NCBI GenBank assembly: GCA_963737655.1
Contig: CAVTTN010000002.1
Location: forward strand, 160,001 to 224,000
Direction of reading: 5' to 3'
Length of the DNA: 64,000 nt
Origin: an uncultured Planctomycetota bacterium
GTDB taxonomy: Bacteria > Planctomycetota > Planctomycetia > Isosphaerales > Isosphaeraceae
The stretch's first letter is position 1; each line of letters opens with the position of its first letter. This document shows positions 1 through 10,656 of the stretch, piece by piece. Under the pieces are notes generated by a model that made no database searches, had not been told where the DNA came from, and worked only from the letters and a program-made list of their open reading frames with translations. A program made the position numbers and the translations under genes.

Positions 1-310
1 GGATTCCGGCGTTATTGACCAGGATATCCAGCCCGCCGAAGCCGTCCCGGACGGCCGCCATCATGGACCGGACGGCTTCCGCGTCGGAGACGTCGGCGGC
101 GACCACCGCGGCCGATCCCGGGCGCTCGGCGTTCCGTTCGGCGGCGAGGGCCTCGGCATCGGCGCGGGTCTGGCCGTCGCCGAGGTCCGGGTGGTTCAAG
201 ATCACCGAGGCCCCGGCGAGGTGGAGGGTCCGGGCGATCCGGGCCCCGATGCCCTGAGAGGCCCCCGTGACGAGGGCGACCTTCCCACTCAAGTCGATCT
301 CGATGGGCAC
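1..310 (-). CDS. SDR family oxidoreductase (FabG-like), 3' end outside the window
   Basis: Manual translation from GTG at 310: MPIEIDLSGKVALVTGASQGIG...DVSD...GGLDILVNNAGI (TGxxxGIG and NNAG motifs). AGGAGG RBS upstream. Confidence 0.9.
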   Translation of the reverse strand, partial: MPIEIDLSGKVALVTGASQGIGARIARTLHLAGASVILNHPDLGDGQTRADAEALAAERNAERPGSAAVVAADVSDAEAVRSMMAAVRDGFGGLDILVNNAGI

Positions 311-337
311 GGCCCGCCTCCTGAACCCCGGGCGATC

Positions 338-1165
338 TCACGGAGACACGTAGTCGAGGATCTGGGCGACCTCGCTCCGCAGGTCCTTGCGATGGACGAT
401 CCGGTCGATGAAGCCATGATCGAGCAGGAACTCGCTCGTCTGGAACCCCTCGGGGAGCTGGACCCGGACGGTCTGGGCGATCACCTTCGGCCCGGCGAAG
501 CCGATCAACGCCTTGGGCTCGGCCAGGATGACGTCGCCGAGCGAGGCGAAACTGGCGGCCACCCCTCCCATCGTCGGATGGGTCAGGATGCTCAGGAAGA
601 AGCCTCCGGCCTCGTGGTGACGCGCCAGCGCCGCCGAGACCTTGGCCATCTGCATCAAGGAATAGATGCCCTCGTGCATCCGCGCCCCGCCGCCCGAGCC
701 GCTGACGATAATCATCGGCAGGTTCCGGCGGGTCGCGGCCTCGATCGCCCGGGTCAGCTTCTCGCCGACGACCGAGCCCATCGAACCCATGATGAACCCG
801 CTGTCGGTGAGGCCCAGGACGACGCGAATCCCCTTGACGAAGCCCTGGCCGACGACCGCGGCCTCGTTCAGCCCGGTGCGTTCCTGTTCGGCCTTGATCC
901 GCTCGGGGTAGGGGCGGCGGTCGTTGAATCCCAGGGGGTCGCCGGGGCGGAGGTCGGCGAACCATTCCTCGAACGTGTCCACGTCGAGCAAGGCCGCGAT
1001 CCGCTCGGCCGCGGGCATGGTGAAGTGGTGCTGGCATTGCGGGCAGACGTTCAGGTTCCGCTCGACTTCCATGCGGAAGAGGGTTGCTCCGCAGCCGTCG
1101 CAGCGCATCCAGACACCCTCGGGGACGCGCTTCGGCTCGAAATGCCCGTGCCAGCTCCTCGCCAT
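338..1165 (-). CDS. accD: Acetyl-CoA carboxylase carboxyltransferase beta subunit
   Basis: N-terminal Zn finger (CDGC...CPQC), then [27 protein letters not shown] and [11 protein letters not shown] motifs. Confidence 0.97.
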   Translation of the reverse strand: MARSWHGHFEPKRVPEGVWMRCDGCGATLFRMEVERNLNVCPQCQHHFTMPAAERIAALLDVDTFEEWFADLRPGDPLGFNDRRPYPERIKAEQERTGLNEAAVVGQGFVKGIRVVLGLTDSGFIMGSMGSVVGEKLTRAIEAATRRNLPMIIVSGSGGGARMHEGIYSLMQMAKVSAALARHHEAGGFFLSILTHPTMGGVAASFASLGDVILAEPKALIGFAGPKVIAQTVRVQLPEGFQTSEFLLDHGFIDRIVHRKDLRSEVAQILDYVSP

Positions 1166-1185
1166 CCGTCATCTCCCTCGGTCTC

Positions 1186-1776
1186 TCACGAGATCCTCGC
1201 CGAAGGCCGGTTGCCGTCCTGGGGCCCGACCTCAATCTTCTCAAAATCCCCCGTGGCGATCGGGTCGTCCAGGTGGACCTTCGGATCCCCTCGGAGGAAT
1301 CCGGAGATCAGGGGGGCCAGCGGTTCCCCGGCGACCAGGCCGATCGTCTCTCCCCGATGCCGACGGATTAGCGGCTTGATCGCGGCCTTGATCCGGTCCA
1401 GGGCATCCTCGACGGTCTCCCCCTGCGGAGGACAGATCGTCTGCGGTTCTTCCTGCCACTGACGGAACAATTTCAGGTTGCGCCTCTTGATCTCGTCGAG
1501 CTGGAGGCCCTGCCAGAGGCCCTGATCGAGGTTGCGGAGGCCATCGAGCTTCCGGGGCCTCAGCCCGACGGCCCGGCCCACCGCCTCGGCGGTCCTCTCG
1601 ACGCTTTCGCCCGGTCCGCAGTACAGAGCGGACAGCGACTCGGCCGTCAATCGCTCGGCCAGGCGGGCGACCTCGGCGATCCCTCGTTCGGACAGGGGGA
1701 CATCCAGGATTCCCTGGACCCGATCCTGCTCGTCGTAGACGGTTGCTCCGGGGCGGATCAGGACAACCTGAGTCAT
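1186..1776 (-). CDS. Histidine phosphatase superfamily protein lacking the catalytic histidines
   Basis: VVLIRPGAT..QGILDVPLSERG..GLWQGL..PPQGET fold signature, but RHG reads RPG. Confidence 0.85.
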   Translation of the reverse strand: MTQVVLIRPGATVYDEQDRVQGILDVPLSERGIAEVARLAERLTAESLSALYCGPGESVERTAEAVGRAVGLRPRKLDGLRNLDQGLWQGLQLDEIKRRNLKLFRQWQEEPQTICPPQGETVEDALDRIKAAIKPLIRRHRGETIGLVAGEPLAPLISGFLRGDPKVHLDDPIATGDFEKIEVGPQDGNRPSARIS

Positions 1777-1821
1777 GGCGGTGCGATGGAGCCGGCGCCT
1801 TGCGACCCGGGGCATCCCCTC

Positions 1822-2520
1822 TCAGCCAGGCCCGCGGCGGGCCGCCTCGGCCAACTCGGCCAGGGCCGCCGCGTAATTGCCATCGGGACGCCACACGGCC
1901 GATCCCACGACGAGCTGATCCACCCCGGCCGCGACGGCGTCGGCCGCGTTCGTCGCCTTGATCCCGCCATCGATCGACAGCTCCAGCCCCGGCCGGGCGG
2001 ACTTCAGCGCCCGGACCTTCTCCAGGACGCTCGACTCGAAGCTCTGACCACCGAAGCCCGGCATCACGCTCATCACCAGGACCTTGTCCAGCTCGGCAAG
2101 AAACGGCAGGACCGACTCGACCGGGGTGGGCGGATTCAGGGCCAGGGCCGCGCGGCAACCCGCCCGACGGATTCGTCTCAAAAGCTCGGTCGGCTCCGGC
2201 ACCGCCTCGATGTGGACGATCAGGACGTCGCACCCGGCGTCCACGAACGCATCGAGGTAGCGGCCCGGATCGGACATCATCAGGTGGGCGTCGAACGGGA
2301 AGTCGCAGACCGGCCGCCAGTCGGCGATCACCGGAGGGCCGTAACTCAGATTCGGGACGAAATGGCCGTCCATCACGTCGAGGTGGACGGCCTGGACCCC
2401 GGCCGCTTTCAGCGAGTCGAGCTCGTCGCCGATCCTGGCGAAGTCGCAATCCAGGATCGACGGCGAGACGAACGGTCGGGGGACCGCGTCGAGGGCCTCG
2501 AGCCGTTCGGGACGTTCCAC
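1822..2520 (-). CDS. rpe: Ribulose-phosphate 3-epimerase
   Basis: SPSIL, HLDVMDGHFVPNLSYG, DAHLM, MSVMPGFGGQ and IDGGI motifs. Confidence 0.97.
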   Translation of the reverse strand: MERPERLEALDAVPRPFVSPSILDCDFARIGDELDSLKAAGVQAVHLDVMDGHFVPNLSYGPPVIADWRPVCDFPFDAHLMMSDPGRYLDAFVDAGCDVLIVHIEAVPEPTELLRRIRRAGCRAALALNPPTPVESVLPFLAELDKVLVMSVMPGFGGQSFESSVLEKVRALKSARPGLELSIDGGIKATNAADAVAAGVDQLVVGSAVWRPDGNYAAALAELAEAARRGPG

Positions 2521-2583
2521 CGTCGGGGCCTTTCCGAGGCGATCGGCGGACGGCCCGACTCGGGCCCAAGCCGCCGGGTCGCC

Positions 2584-3774
2584 TCAACGATCCGGGATCA
2601 CCTTCAACGAGTTGAACTGCTTGCCTTCGAGGGCTTCGAGGAACGCCCCGCCGCCGGTCGAGACGTGGGAGACCTTCTCGGCGAAGCCGAATTGATCGAC
2701 CGCCTCGGCCGTCTCCCCGCCGCCGACGGCCGTGATCGCGCCGGAGGTCGCCAGGGCATAGGCGATCCCCTTCGTCCCGTGGGAGAACGGCGCGATCTCG
2801 AACTTGCCCACCGGGCCGTTCCAGACCACCGTACCCGCGCCGTGGATCAGGTCCGAGAAAAGCAGGACGGTCTTCGGGCCGATGTCGAACCCCTCCCAGC
2901 CATCGGGGATGTCCAATCCGTCGATGATCCGGGTGTTGGCCGAGGCGTCCATCTTGTCGGCCACGAGGAAATCGACCGGCAGGACGAGCTTGTCCCCGGC
3001 CTTCGCCTTCAGGGCCCGTGCGGTTTCCACCAGGTCCGGTTCGACCAGGCTGTTTCCGGTCGAGTGACCGTCGGCCTTCAGGAACGTGTAGCTCATCGCC
3101 CCGCCGATCAGGAGCTTCTGGACCCGGGGCAGGAGGTTCTCGATCAGTCCGAGCTTGGTCGAGACCTTCGCCCCTCCCATCACGGCCACCAGAGGGGGTT
3201 TCGGATGGGCCAGGAGGGTGTCGATGATCTCCAGCTCCTTCTCGACGAGGAAGCCGATGCCCCTCTTCTCGGGAGCGAACTGCTCGGGGACGGCGACCAT
3301 CGAGGCTTCGTCCCGATGGCAGGTTCCGAAGGCGTCGTTGACGTAAACGTCGGCCAGGCTGGCCATTTCCTTCGCGAAGGCCGGGTCGCCCTTCTTCTCG
3401 CCCTTGTTGAACCGGACGTTTTCGAGGACGACGATCCCGCCGGGCTGGAGGGCGGCGCAGGCGGCCTTCGCCTCGGGTCCAACCGTGTCGCCAACCTTCG
3501 TGACGGGTCGCCCGATCAGGGCCTGAAGGCGTTCGGCGACCTTGTCCAGGCGAAACGGCCTGTCGGCCTCGGGGTCGCCCGAAGGACGGCCGAGATGACT
3601 CACGAGGATCAGGCTGCCGCCGTGGTCCAGGACGTGCTGGAGGGTCGGGAACGCCGCCTTGATCCGGCGGTCGTCGGAAACGTCCCCCTCGGGAGTCTGG
3701 GGGACGTTGAAATCGACCCGGACGAGCACTTTTTTCCCGGAGAGATCCAGGTCGCGGACGGTCTGCTTCGGCAT
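2584..3774 (-). CDS. pgk: Phosphoglycerate kinase
   Basis: VRVDFNVP, SHLGRP, NDAFGTCHR, GGAKVSTK and HVSTGGGA motifs; ATG at 3774. Confidence 0.98.
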   Translation of the reverse strand: MPKQTVRDLDLSGKKVLVRVDFNVPQTPEGDVSDDRRIKAAFPTLQHVLDHGGSLILVSHLGRPSGDPEADRPFRLDKVAERLQALIGRPVTKVGDTVGPEAKAACAALQPGGIVVLENVRFNKGEKKGDPAFAKEMASLADVYVNDAFGTCHRDEASMVAVPEQFAPEKRGIGFLVEKELEIIDTLLAHPKPPLVAVMGGAKVSTKLGLIENLLPRVQKLLIGGAMSYTFLKADGHSTGNSLVEPDLVETARALKAKAGDKLVLPVDFLVADKMDASANTRIIDGLDIPDGWEGFDIGPKTVLLFSDLIHGAGTVVWNGPVGKFEIAPFSHGTKGIAYALATSGAITAVGGGETAEAVDQFGFAEKVSHVSTGGGAFLEALEGKQFNSLKVIPDR

Positions 3775-3847
3775 GGGTGGCGCGATTCCAGGAGGAAGGC
3801 CCGGGGGCCCTGGCCCTCGGGCTCGGACGATCACCGGTCGGGGCCGA

Positions 3848-4855
3848 TCAGGCCAGGGCGGCGACCTTGGTGATGAGCTCGGCGGTCCGGCAGGAGTAGC
3901 CCCACTCGTTGTCGTACCAGGCGATGACCTTGGCGAGGTTCCCCTGGATCACGTTCGTCCACTCGGCCATGAAGATGCACGAGTGCGGGTTGCCGATGAT
4001 GTCGCCCGAGACCAGCGGGTCGGTGGCGTACTCGATCACGCCCTTCATCGGCCCCTCGGCGGCCTTCTGGATCGCGCCGTTGATCTCGTCCTTGGTCACG
4101 TCCCTCTTGAGCATGATCGTCAGGTCGGTGATCGATCCATCAGGGACGGGGACGCGGAGGGCGTAGCCGGTGAGCTTGCCGTTGAGGTCGGGGATCACCT
4201 CGCCCACGGCCTTGGCGGCGCCGGTGGTCGAGGGGATGATGTTCACGGCGGCGGCCCGGGCCCGGTACATGTCCGTATGGACCTGGTCGGCCACGCGCTG
4301 GTCGTTGGTGTAGGCGTGGCAGGTCGTCATCAGGCCCTTCTCGATCCCGAAGGTCTCGTGCAGGACCTTGGCCATCGGCGCCAGGCAATTCGTCGTGCAG
4401 CTCGCGTTGGAGAGGATGCGGTGCTCGGGCTTGAGCTCGTGATCATTCACGCCGATCACGCACGTGAGGTCCAGCTTGTCCTTGGCGGGCGCGGAGAGGA
4501 TCACGCGCTCGGCGCCGGCGTCGATGTGCTTCTGGAGCGACGCCTTGTTCGTGAAGAAGCCGGTAGACTCCAGGGCGACCTGGCAATTCAGGGCCTTCCA
4601 GGGGAGGTTGGCCGGGTCTTTCTCCTGGGTGATCTTGATGTGCCGGCCGTTGACGACCAGGCCGCCCTCGGCGGCCTCGACGGTGCCGTCGAACCGGCCG
4701 TGGACGCTGTCGTACTTCAGGAGCATGGCCAGATGCTTGGCGTCCGACAGGTCGTTGATCGCGACGATCTCATAGTCCTGGGGCTTCGCCGCCATCACGC
4801 GAAACACCAGCCGCCCGATCCGACCGAACCCGTTGATCCCGACACGAACCGCCAT
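3848..4855 (-). CDS. gap: Glyceraldehyde-3-phosphate dehydrogenase (type I)
   Basis: [22 protein letters not shown] and WYDNEWGYS motifs. Confidence 0.98.
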   Translation of the reverse strand: MAVRVGINGFGRIGRLVFRVMAAKPQDYEIVAINDLSDAKHLAMLLKYDSVHGRFDGTVEAAEGGLVVNGRHIKITQEKDPANLPWKALNCQVALESTGFFTNKASLQKHIDAGAERVILSAPAKDKLDLTCVIGVNDHELKPEHRILSNASCTTNCLAPMAKVLHETFGIEKGLMTTCHAYTNDQRVADQVHTDMYRARAAAVNIIPSTTGAAKAVGEVIPDLNGKLTGYALRVPVPDGSITDLTIMLKRDVTKDEINGAIQKAAEGPMKGVIEYATDPLVSGDIIGNPHSCIFMAEWTNVIQGNLAKVIAWYDNEWGYSCRTAELITKVAALA

Positions 4856-4956
4856 GGGCATCCAGCTCCAGCAAATGAAGAGGGATCGGCCCGAGTGCCT
4901 CTCGTCTCGAAGGCCCTGCCTCGGCGCAAACCGTCCCCGGCTACCAGCGAGCTCGG

Positions 4957-4986
4957 ATTCTACTGACCCCCCGGACCGGCTGTCAA
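4957..4986 (-). promoter_or_regulatory. Sigma70-type promoter of the gap operon
   Basis: Minus strand reads TTGACA-N18-TAGAAT about 100 bp upstream of gap. Confidence 0.7.
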
Positions 4987-5006
4987 CGAGTCGGGCCGAC
5001 CCGGGA

Positions 5007-5036
5007 TTGACGACCCATCACCCCCGACGGTACATT
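5007..5036 (+). promoter_or_regulatory. Sigma70-type promoter of tRNA-Thr
   Basis: TTGACG-N18-TACATT ending 10 bp before the tRNA, back to back with the gap promoter. Confidence 0.65.
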
Positions 5037-5046
5037 CCTCAAGCAC

Positions 5047-5119
5047 GCCACCGTAGCTCAATCGGCAGAGCACCGCTTTCGTAAAGCGGGGGTTAAGAGT
5101 TCGACTCTCTTCGGTGGCT
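5047..5119 (+). tRNA. tRNA-Thr(CGT)
   Basis: Acceptor stem GCCACCG/CGGTGGC, D arm TAGCTCAATCGGCAGAGC, anticodon stem CCGCT/AGCGG with loop TTCGTAA, T loop GTTCGAC. CCA is not encoded. Confidence 0.95.
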
Positions 5120-5140
5120 CTCGGGCCGACTGGTCCAAGG

Positions 5141-6479
5141 TCAAATCAATTCGGCGATCGGGACGAACTCATCCAGCAGGGCCATCGGCCTCCCCGCGCG
5201 GTCGGGCAGCGTCGTCGTCGGGCTGATCCCGAGGTTGTGGTAGAGGGTCGCAAAGACGTTCTGGAACGAGACGGGCCGGTCCTTCGGCGATCCGGCCCAG
5301 CGGTCGGTCGAGCCGATGACCTGGCCGGTCTTCATCCCTCCTCCGGCGAGCAGGGCACAGGAGACCTTCGGCCAGTGCTCCCGACCGCCGTTGGCGTTGA
5401 TCGTCGGGCTCCGGCCGAACTCCCCCCAGGCGATGACCGTCACGTCCTTGTCGAGCCCCTCTCATGTGGAGATCCTCGATCAGGGCCGAGAGGGCGACAT
5501 CCAGCTTGGGGAGCTGGACGCGGCAGCGGGGGAAGTTCTGCGAGTGGTTGTCCCACCGGCCGAACCCGACGGTCACGACCCTCGCGCCCGCCTCGACCAA
5601 TCGCCGGGCCATCAGGAATTGATCGTTCCAGCACGGGCCGCCGTCCAGCATGTTCGCGGGTTCTCCGAACCCATAACGGGCCCGGATCTTCGGGTCTTCC
5701 CGGGTCACGTCCAGGGCCCGGGCCAGCTCTCGGGACGAGAGGATGTCGAACGCGGTCTTCTGGAATGAGTCCAGGCCCGTCGTGATCGCCGAGCGATCGA
5801 CGGCCCGGCGGAGGCCGTCGAGCTTGTGGAGGAGGTTCCGGCGGTTCCCGACCCTTCCGAGGCTCAGCCCCTGCCGAGACAGGTCGGGCAGTTCGGCGCC
5901 GTTGGGCTGATAGGGGGCGTGGGCGAGGCCGAGGTAACCCGGGTCGCCGTTGTCGGACCAGGGTTTGTACGTCATCTTCCCGGACAGTCCGATGAATGGC
6001 GGGACCTCCTCGACCATCGGTCCCTGGACCTTCGAGACGACCGAACCGAGGCTCGGCCTACCTCCTTGCCGCTTGCTCTCGCCCGAGGTGAAGCCGGTCA
6101 GGCACTGGAAGGCGGCGTGTTCGTCCTTCGCACCGACGACGGCGCGGAGGACGGCCACCTTGTCCATGATCCGGGCCATGTTGGGCATCAGCTCGCAGAT
6201 GTCCAGGCCGGGGACGTTCGTCGGGATCGGCTGGAACTCGCCCCGGATGCCGGAGGGCGCGCCGGGCTTGAGATCGACCGTATCCTGGTGGGCGGGCCCT
6301 CCAGGCAGGAAGACCATGATCACGGCCTTGTGGGATGACTTCACCCCCGAAGCGGCCTCGGCCCGGAGCAGGTCGGGCAAGGCGAGGCCGCCGAGGGCCA
6401 GGCCGCCGACCTTGAGGAAGTCGCGCCGGGAGCGGCCGTCGCAGAACCGGCCTCGTTCTCGCCCGCCGAAGGTCAGCAT
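5141..6479 (-). CDS. DUF1501 family protein (frameshift near 5456-5459)
   Basis: SRRDFL Tat-like motif, [25 protein letters not shown]; continues as [14 protein letters not shown] in another frame. Confidence 0.88.
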
Positions 6480-6669
6480 CGGGCCCTCCGCCTCGTTCGG
6501 TCCGCCGTTTCGGATCGAAGTCCCCCATTCAGGATGGGGATCGGGCCGACGGCCCCGCCGGGCTCAATTTCATCGCGCGGCGGTTCATTCTCCTTCCAAC
6601 AAACCGCGCGCCGGGGGCGGAGTCAAGGAGCCGCCCCTCGGCGTGTGGTGTTCGGAAAACCCGTTCCCC

Positions 6670-8040
6670 TCACTTCGCGACGATCCACCGGGCCAGCTCG
6701 CGGAACGTCGGGGCCTTGCCTTGCATCAGGAGGCCGGTTCGAAACACCTTGCCGGCCGCCCAGACGCAGCCGACGGCCGTGAGGGTCGTCAAGACGCCCG
6801 CCAGGGCCACCTGCCAGGCCGGAGGCGCGGGCTTCAGGCACATCCTCATGAGCATCAGAAAGGGCGAGGCCGGGGGGAACAGCGAGAGGCCCACCGCCAT
6901 CGGGCTGGACGGCGCCGTCAGGATCAGGCCCCAGAACATCATCGGGAACATGACCAGGAGCATCGCCGGGGCCAGCAGCGATTGCGAGTCCTTCAGGTCG
7001 GTGCAGGCCGCGCCGACCGCCGAGAAGATCGACCCGTGGATCAGGAGACCCAGGAGGACGGACACCGCCAGCGCCGCCAGAAGACCCGGCGGGACCGCGT
7101 TGCCGTAGCCGAAATAGCAGGCCACGCCATAGCCGCCGGCGATGTAGATCGAGATCATCAGGCAGCCGACCCCCACATTTCCCAGCAGCTTGCCCATCAT
7201 CAGCTCGAACGACGAGACCGAGCCGAGCAGGACCTCGCTGATCTTGCTCATCTTCTCCTCGATCACCGAGTTGAAGAGCAGGGGGGCGCTGGTCATCACC
7301 GCCATGAACACGATGAACATCATCACGCCCGGGACCACGAAGGTCCGAATCGGGTCCACGGGTTCGGCCTGGACGATCGCGGGAGCCTGGGCGGGCGTCC
7401 CCGGGGGCTTCGAACCTCCCCCGGCTACGACGGCCGGCGGGGCGATTGGCATGCCTCGGGAAAGAAGGCCGAGGTTCTCGGCGGGGATGTGCATCTGGAG
7501 TTGCGCGACCTTGGCCGAGTCGATCCCGGAGGCTTCGTAGCGAAGGGTCTGCGCCTGGGCGTTGATCGTCGATTCCAGCCAGCTTCTCAGGTCGAAGTCG
7601 GCCGGCGAGTCGGAATAGTACTTCACGACGGGCGTGGTCGAGGGGGCCAGTTCCCCGACCCCGGCCGGCACCTCCACGAAGGCGTAGAGCTCGCCCCGGC
7701 GGACCTTCTCGGAGAGATCCAGGAGCAACTCCGCATCGGACTGCCCCGCGGGCGTGACCCGCGACGGATAGAACGACGGTCCCAGCGGCTTCTTCCCCTT
7801 TGGATTCATGAACGAATTGCGGAAGTTCGCCGCCGTCTCGATCGCCGGATAGATCTTGCCCTCGGTCCGATCGACCACGGCGAACGCCCGGGGCCGGACG
7901 TCGGTCTTCGCCCCCAGAAACTGGACGATCAGGATCGCCCCGACCATCATCAGGGGGACGAGCAGGACGCTGATCAGGAACGACTTCGCGCGGACCGCGT
8001 TGTTGAACTCGTTGCCGGCGACGACCAGGATCTTATTCAT
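6670..8040 (-). CDS. ABC-2 type exporter permease (NatB/YhaP-like)
   Basis: N-terminal TM, large extracytoplasmic loop, SVIEEKMSKISEVLLGSV..LMMGKLLG, multiple TMs. Confidence 0.88.
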   Translation of the reverse strand: MNKILVVAGNEFNNAVRAKSFLISVLLVPLMMVGAILIVQFLGAKTDVRPRAFAVVDRTEGKIYPAIETAANFRNSFMNPKGKKPLGPSFYPSRVTPAGQSDAELLLDLSEKVRRGELYAFVEVPAGVGELAPSTTPVVKYYSDSPADFDLRSWLESTINAQAQTLRYEASGIDSAKVAQLQMHIPAENLGLLSRGMPIAPPAVVAGGGSKPPGTPAQAPAIVQAEPVDPIRTFVVPGVMMFIVFMAVMTSAPLLFNSVIEEKMSKISEVLLGSVSSFELMMGKLLGNVGVGCLMISIYIAGGYGVACYFGYGNAVPPGLLAALAVSVLLGLLIHGSIFSAVGAACTDLKDSQSLLAPAMLLVMFPMMFWGLILTAPSSPMAVGLSLFPPASPFLMLMRMCLKPAPPAWQVALAGVLTTLTAVGCVWAAGKVFRTGLLMQGKAPTFRELARWIVAK

Positions 8041-8958
8041 GGATGGCGGCCCCCGTCTCGATGCCCATGCCGTCGCCGGCGATCCGGACGAAAATATCGT
8101 GCAACGACGGCCGGGCGACCTCGAACAAGGTCACCTCGGTCCGACCGATCAGCCCTCGGAGGATCGCCTGGGGATCGCCCGCGAAGCGGACCTCCTGGAA
8201 ATTCCCCTGATCGTTCACGTCCTCAACCCCCGGAAGCCCTTCGAGGGCCGAGGCCCCGTCGGTCGTCCGGACGCGGAGGGTGTCGGCCTCGTAGGAGGAC
8301 TGGATCTCCCGCATGGTCCCGTCCAGGACGGCCTTGCCCTGGTAGATCATGAAGATCCGGTCGCAGAGCCGCTCGGCCATCCCCATGTCGTGGGTCGAGA
8401 AGACGATCGTGGTCCCCTGCTTCCTCAAATCGAGGACGGCATCCTTGAGGACCTCGGCATTGACGGGATCCAGCCCGGAGAACGGCTCGTCCAGGATCAG
8501 GAGCTCGGGCCCGGGATCACCGCCGCGAGGAACTGGACCTTTTGCGCCATCCCCTTGGACAGGGCCGACACCTTCTTGTCGATCCAGTCGCCCAGGCCCA
8601 TCCGCTCGACCCACCGGCCGATCTCGGCGTCCAGGCCCGCTCCGCCCCTCCCCTTGAGCCGGGCGTAATAGCGAAGGAGGCGGCGAACCGTCATCCGTTT
8701 GTACAGACCTCGCTCCTCGGGGAGGTAAGCGATCCGATCGCGAGCCTCTCGGGGGACGGCGTGGCCCAGGACGGTGATGGTCCCGCTATCGGGTAGGAGG
8801 ATGTTCAGGATCATCCGGAGCGTGGTCGTCTTGCCCGACCCGTTGGGTCCGATCACCCCGTAGAGAGAGCCGGTCGGGACGTTCATCGATACGTCATCGA
8901 CGGCCACATGGGTGCCGAACCGCTTGGTGACACCCTGGATCGCGATCGCCTCGGTCAT
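8033..8958 (-). CDS. ABC transporter ATP-binding protein (frameshift near 8510-8515)
   Basis: GPNGSGKTT, YLPEERGLY and LSKGMAQK in one frame; LLILDEPFSGLDP and FSTHDM in the next. Confidence 0.9.
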
Positions 8959-9018
8959 AAAGGGGTTTCCGAAGGAGGATTGCATCGCGAGATCGCGCCG
9001 CGGGAAGGCATTCGTCGG

Positions 9019-9087
9019 TTTTTCGCCAAGATTCTTGCGAAAAATCAGTCCGTTCGGATAGACGGGCCGGCGAGAGACCCCTACAAT
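9019..9087 (+). promoter_or_regulatory. suf operon promoter with upstream palindrome (candidate operator)
   Basis: TAGACG-N17-TACAAT (9059-9087); near-perfect inverted repeat TTTTTCGCCAAGATTCTTGCGAAAAA (9019-9044). Confidence 0.5.
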
Positions 9088-9111
9088 ACGACCGACGACG
9101 AGGGCCCCGCC

Positions 9112-9765
9112 ATGACAGAAACTTCCGACCGCCCTCTCCTGGACCTGATCCGGCGGAAGGGACCCATGACGGTGGCGGAAATCGGCGAGGCCCTGGAGGT
9201 CACGCCGACGGCGGTCCGCAATCGCCTGGGTCGGCTCCTGGAGTCGGGCCTGGTGGAGCGTCGGTCCCAGCCGTCGGGCCGCGGTCGTCCCAAACATACT
9301 TACCAGGCGAGTCCCGAGGCCCTCAAGAGGCTTGGCCAGAACTACGCCGACCTGGCGTTCGTCCTCTGGGAAGAGCTCATGAAGACCGTCGAGGACCGGA
9401 AGCTCCGGCGGGTCCTCTTCGGCCGGATCACCGACAAGATGGCCGAGACGTTCCGATCGCAGATCACCGGCGAGGGCTGGGAGGGTCGGCTCGTCCAGCT
9501 CGGCGGCCTCCTGGCCGATCGCGGGGTCGAGGCCGAGGTCCTGGACCGGGACGGAGGCCCCGGGCCGGTCCTGAAGCAACACTCCTGCCCGTACCACGAG
9601 CTGGCCGAGGTCGATCGGGCCGTCTGCGCGATGGAACGCAAGATGTTCGAGAAGGTGCTCGGCCAGGGCCTCCGGCTCAGCCAGTGCCGGCTCGACGGCC
9701 ACCGCTCCTGCGACTTCGAGGCCAAGCCGGCCCTCGTCCCGCCGCCTCCGGCCCATGCCGGCTGA
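9112..9765 (+). CDS. sufR: SufR-like HTH regulator with C-terminal Fe-S cysteines
   Basis: wHTH (TVAEIGEALEVTPTAVRNRL..GRGRP) plus SCPY..VC..QC..SC; first gene of the suf operon. Confidence 0.8.
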   Translation: MTETSDRPLLDLIRRKGPMTVAEIGEALEVTPTAVRNRLGRLLESGLVERRSQPSGRGRPKHTYQASPEALKRLGQNYADLAFVLWEELMKTVEDRKLRRVLFGRITDKMAETFRSQITGEGWEGRLVQLGGLLADRGVEAEVLDRDGGPGPVLKQHSCPYHELAEVDRAVCAMERKMFEKVLGQGLRLSQCRLDGHRSCDFEAKPALVPPPPAHAG

Positions 9766-9817
9766 CCGATTCGTCCGAGACCCGCATCGCCACGCACCCC
9801 CTTCGGGATGGAGACGG

Positions 9818-10644
9818 ATGAGCAAGGTCCTTCAGATCGAGAACCTGCACGCCAGCATCGACGGCAAGGAGATCCTCAAGGGGGTCAGCCTGACGGTCCG
9901 GCAGGGCGAGGTCCACGCGCTCATGGGCCCCAACGGCTCGGGCAAGTCCACGCTCAGCTACGCCCTGATGGGCCACCCGAACTACGAGGTCACCGCAGGT
10001 TCCGCGACCCTCGACGGCGCCGATCTTTTGGAGATGGAGGCCGACGAGAGGGCCAAGGCGGGGCTGTTCCTGGCCTTCCAGTACCCGACGTCGATCCCCG
10101 GCGTGACCGTCGCCAATTTCCTCCGCCACGCCGTGACCAACGTCCGCAACCCGGTCCGTCTCGAAGGGCAAGACCTCATCCCGATGAGGGACTTCCGCAA
10201 GGAGCTCAAGGGCGAGATGGACGAGCTCGGGATGGACCCGGAGTTCGCCCGCCGCTACCTGAACGAGGGCTTCTCCGGGGGCGAGAAGAAGCGGGCCGAG
10301 GTCCTCCAGCTCGCCATGCTCAAGCCCGCCTTCGCGATCCTCGACGAGACCGACAGCGGCCTGGACATCGACGCCGTGAGGGTCGTCAGCGAGGGGGTCA
10401 ACCGCGTGGCGGCGAAGAACGGGACGGGCGTCCTGGTCATCACCCACTACAAGCGCATCCTCGAATACATCAAGCCCCAGTTCGTCCACATCCTCCTCGG
10501 CGGCAAGATCGTCGAGAGCGGGGCCCCGAGCTGGTGGACAAGCTCGAGGCCGAGGGCTACGACTGGCTCCGCGAAAAATACCCCGAGGCGGCCCAGGTCG
10601 AGGACGAGCTCGAGGCGAAGGACGCGGCCGGGCAGTTGGCCTGA
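9818..10644 (+). CDS. sufC: Fe-S cluster assembly ATPase SufC (frameshift near 10520-10527)
   Basis: MGPNGSGKST, FLAFQYP, NEGFSGGEKKR, LDETDSGLDIDA, ITHY; C-terminus PELVDKLEAEGYDW is in a shifted frame. Confidence 0.95.
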
Positions 10645-10656
10645 GGAGGCCGAGGG

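Noticed and set aside
5047..6479. tRNA-Thr as the integration site of a genomic island
   Set aside because: No integrase and no duplicated tRNA 3' end seen; the downstream genes are typical planctomycete genes.
10520..10527. Programmed frameshifting or phase variation in sufC and the other split genes
   Set aside because: The runs are short (2-5 nt), no slippery heptamer is evident, and unrelated genes show the same one-base error, so a sequencing artefact is more parsimonious.
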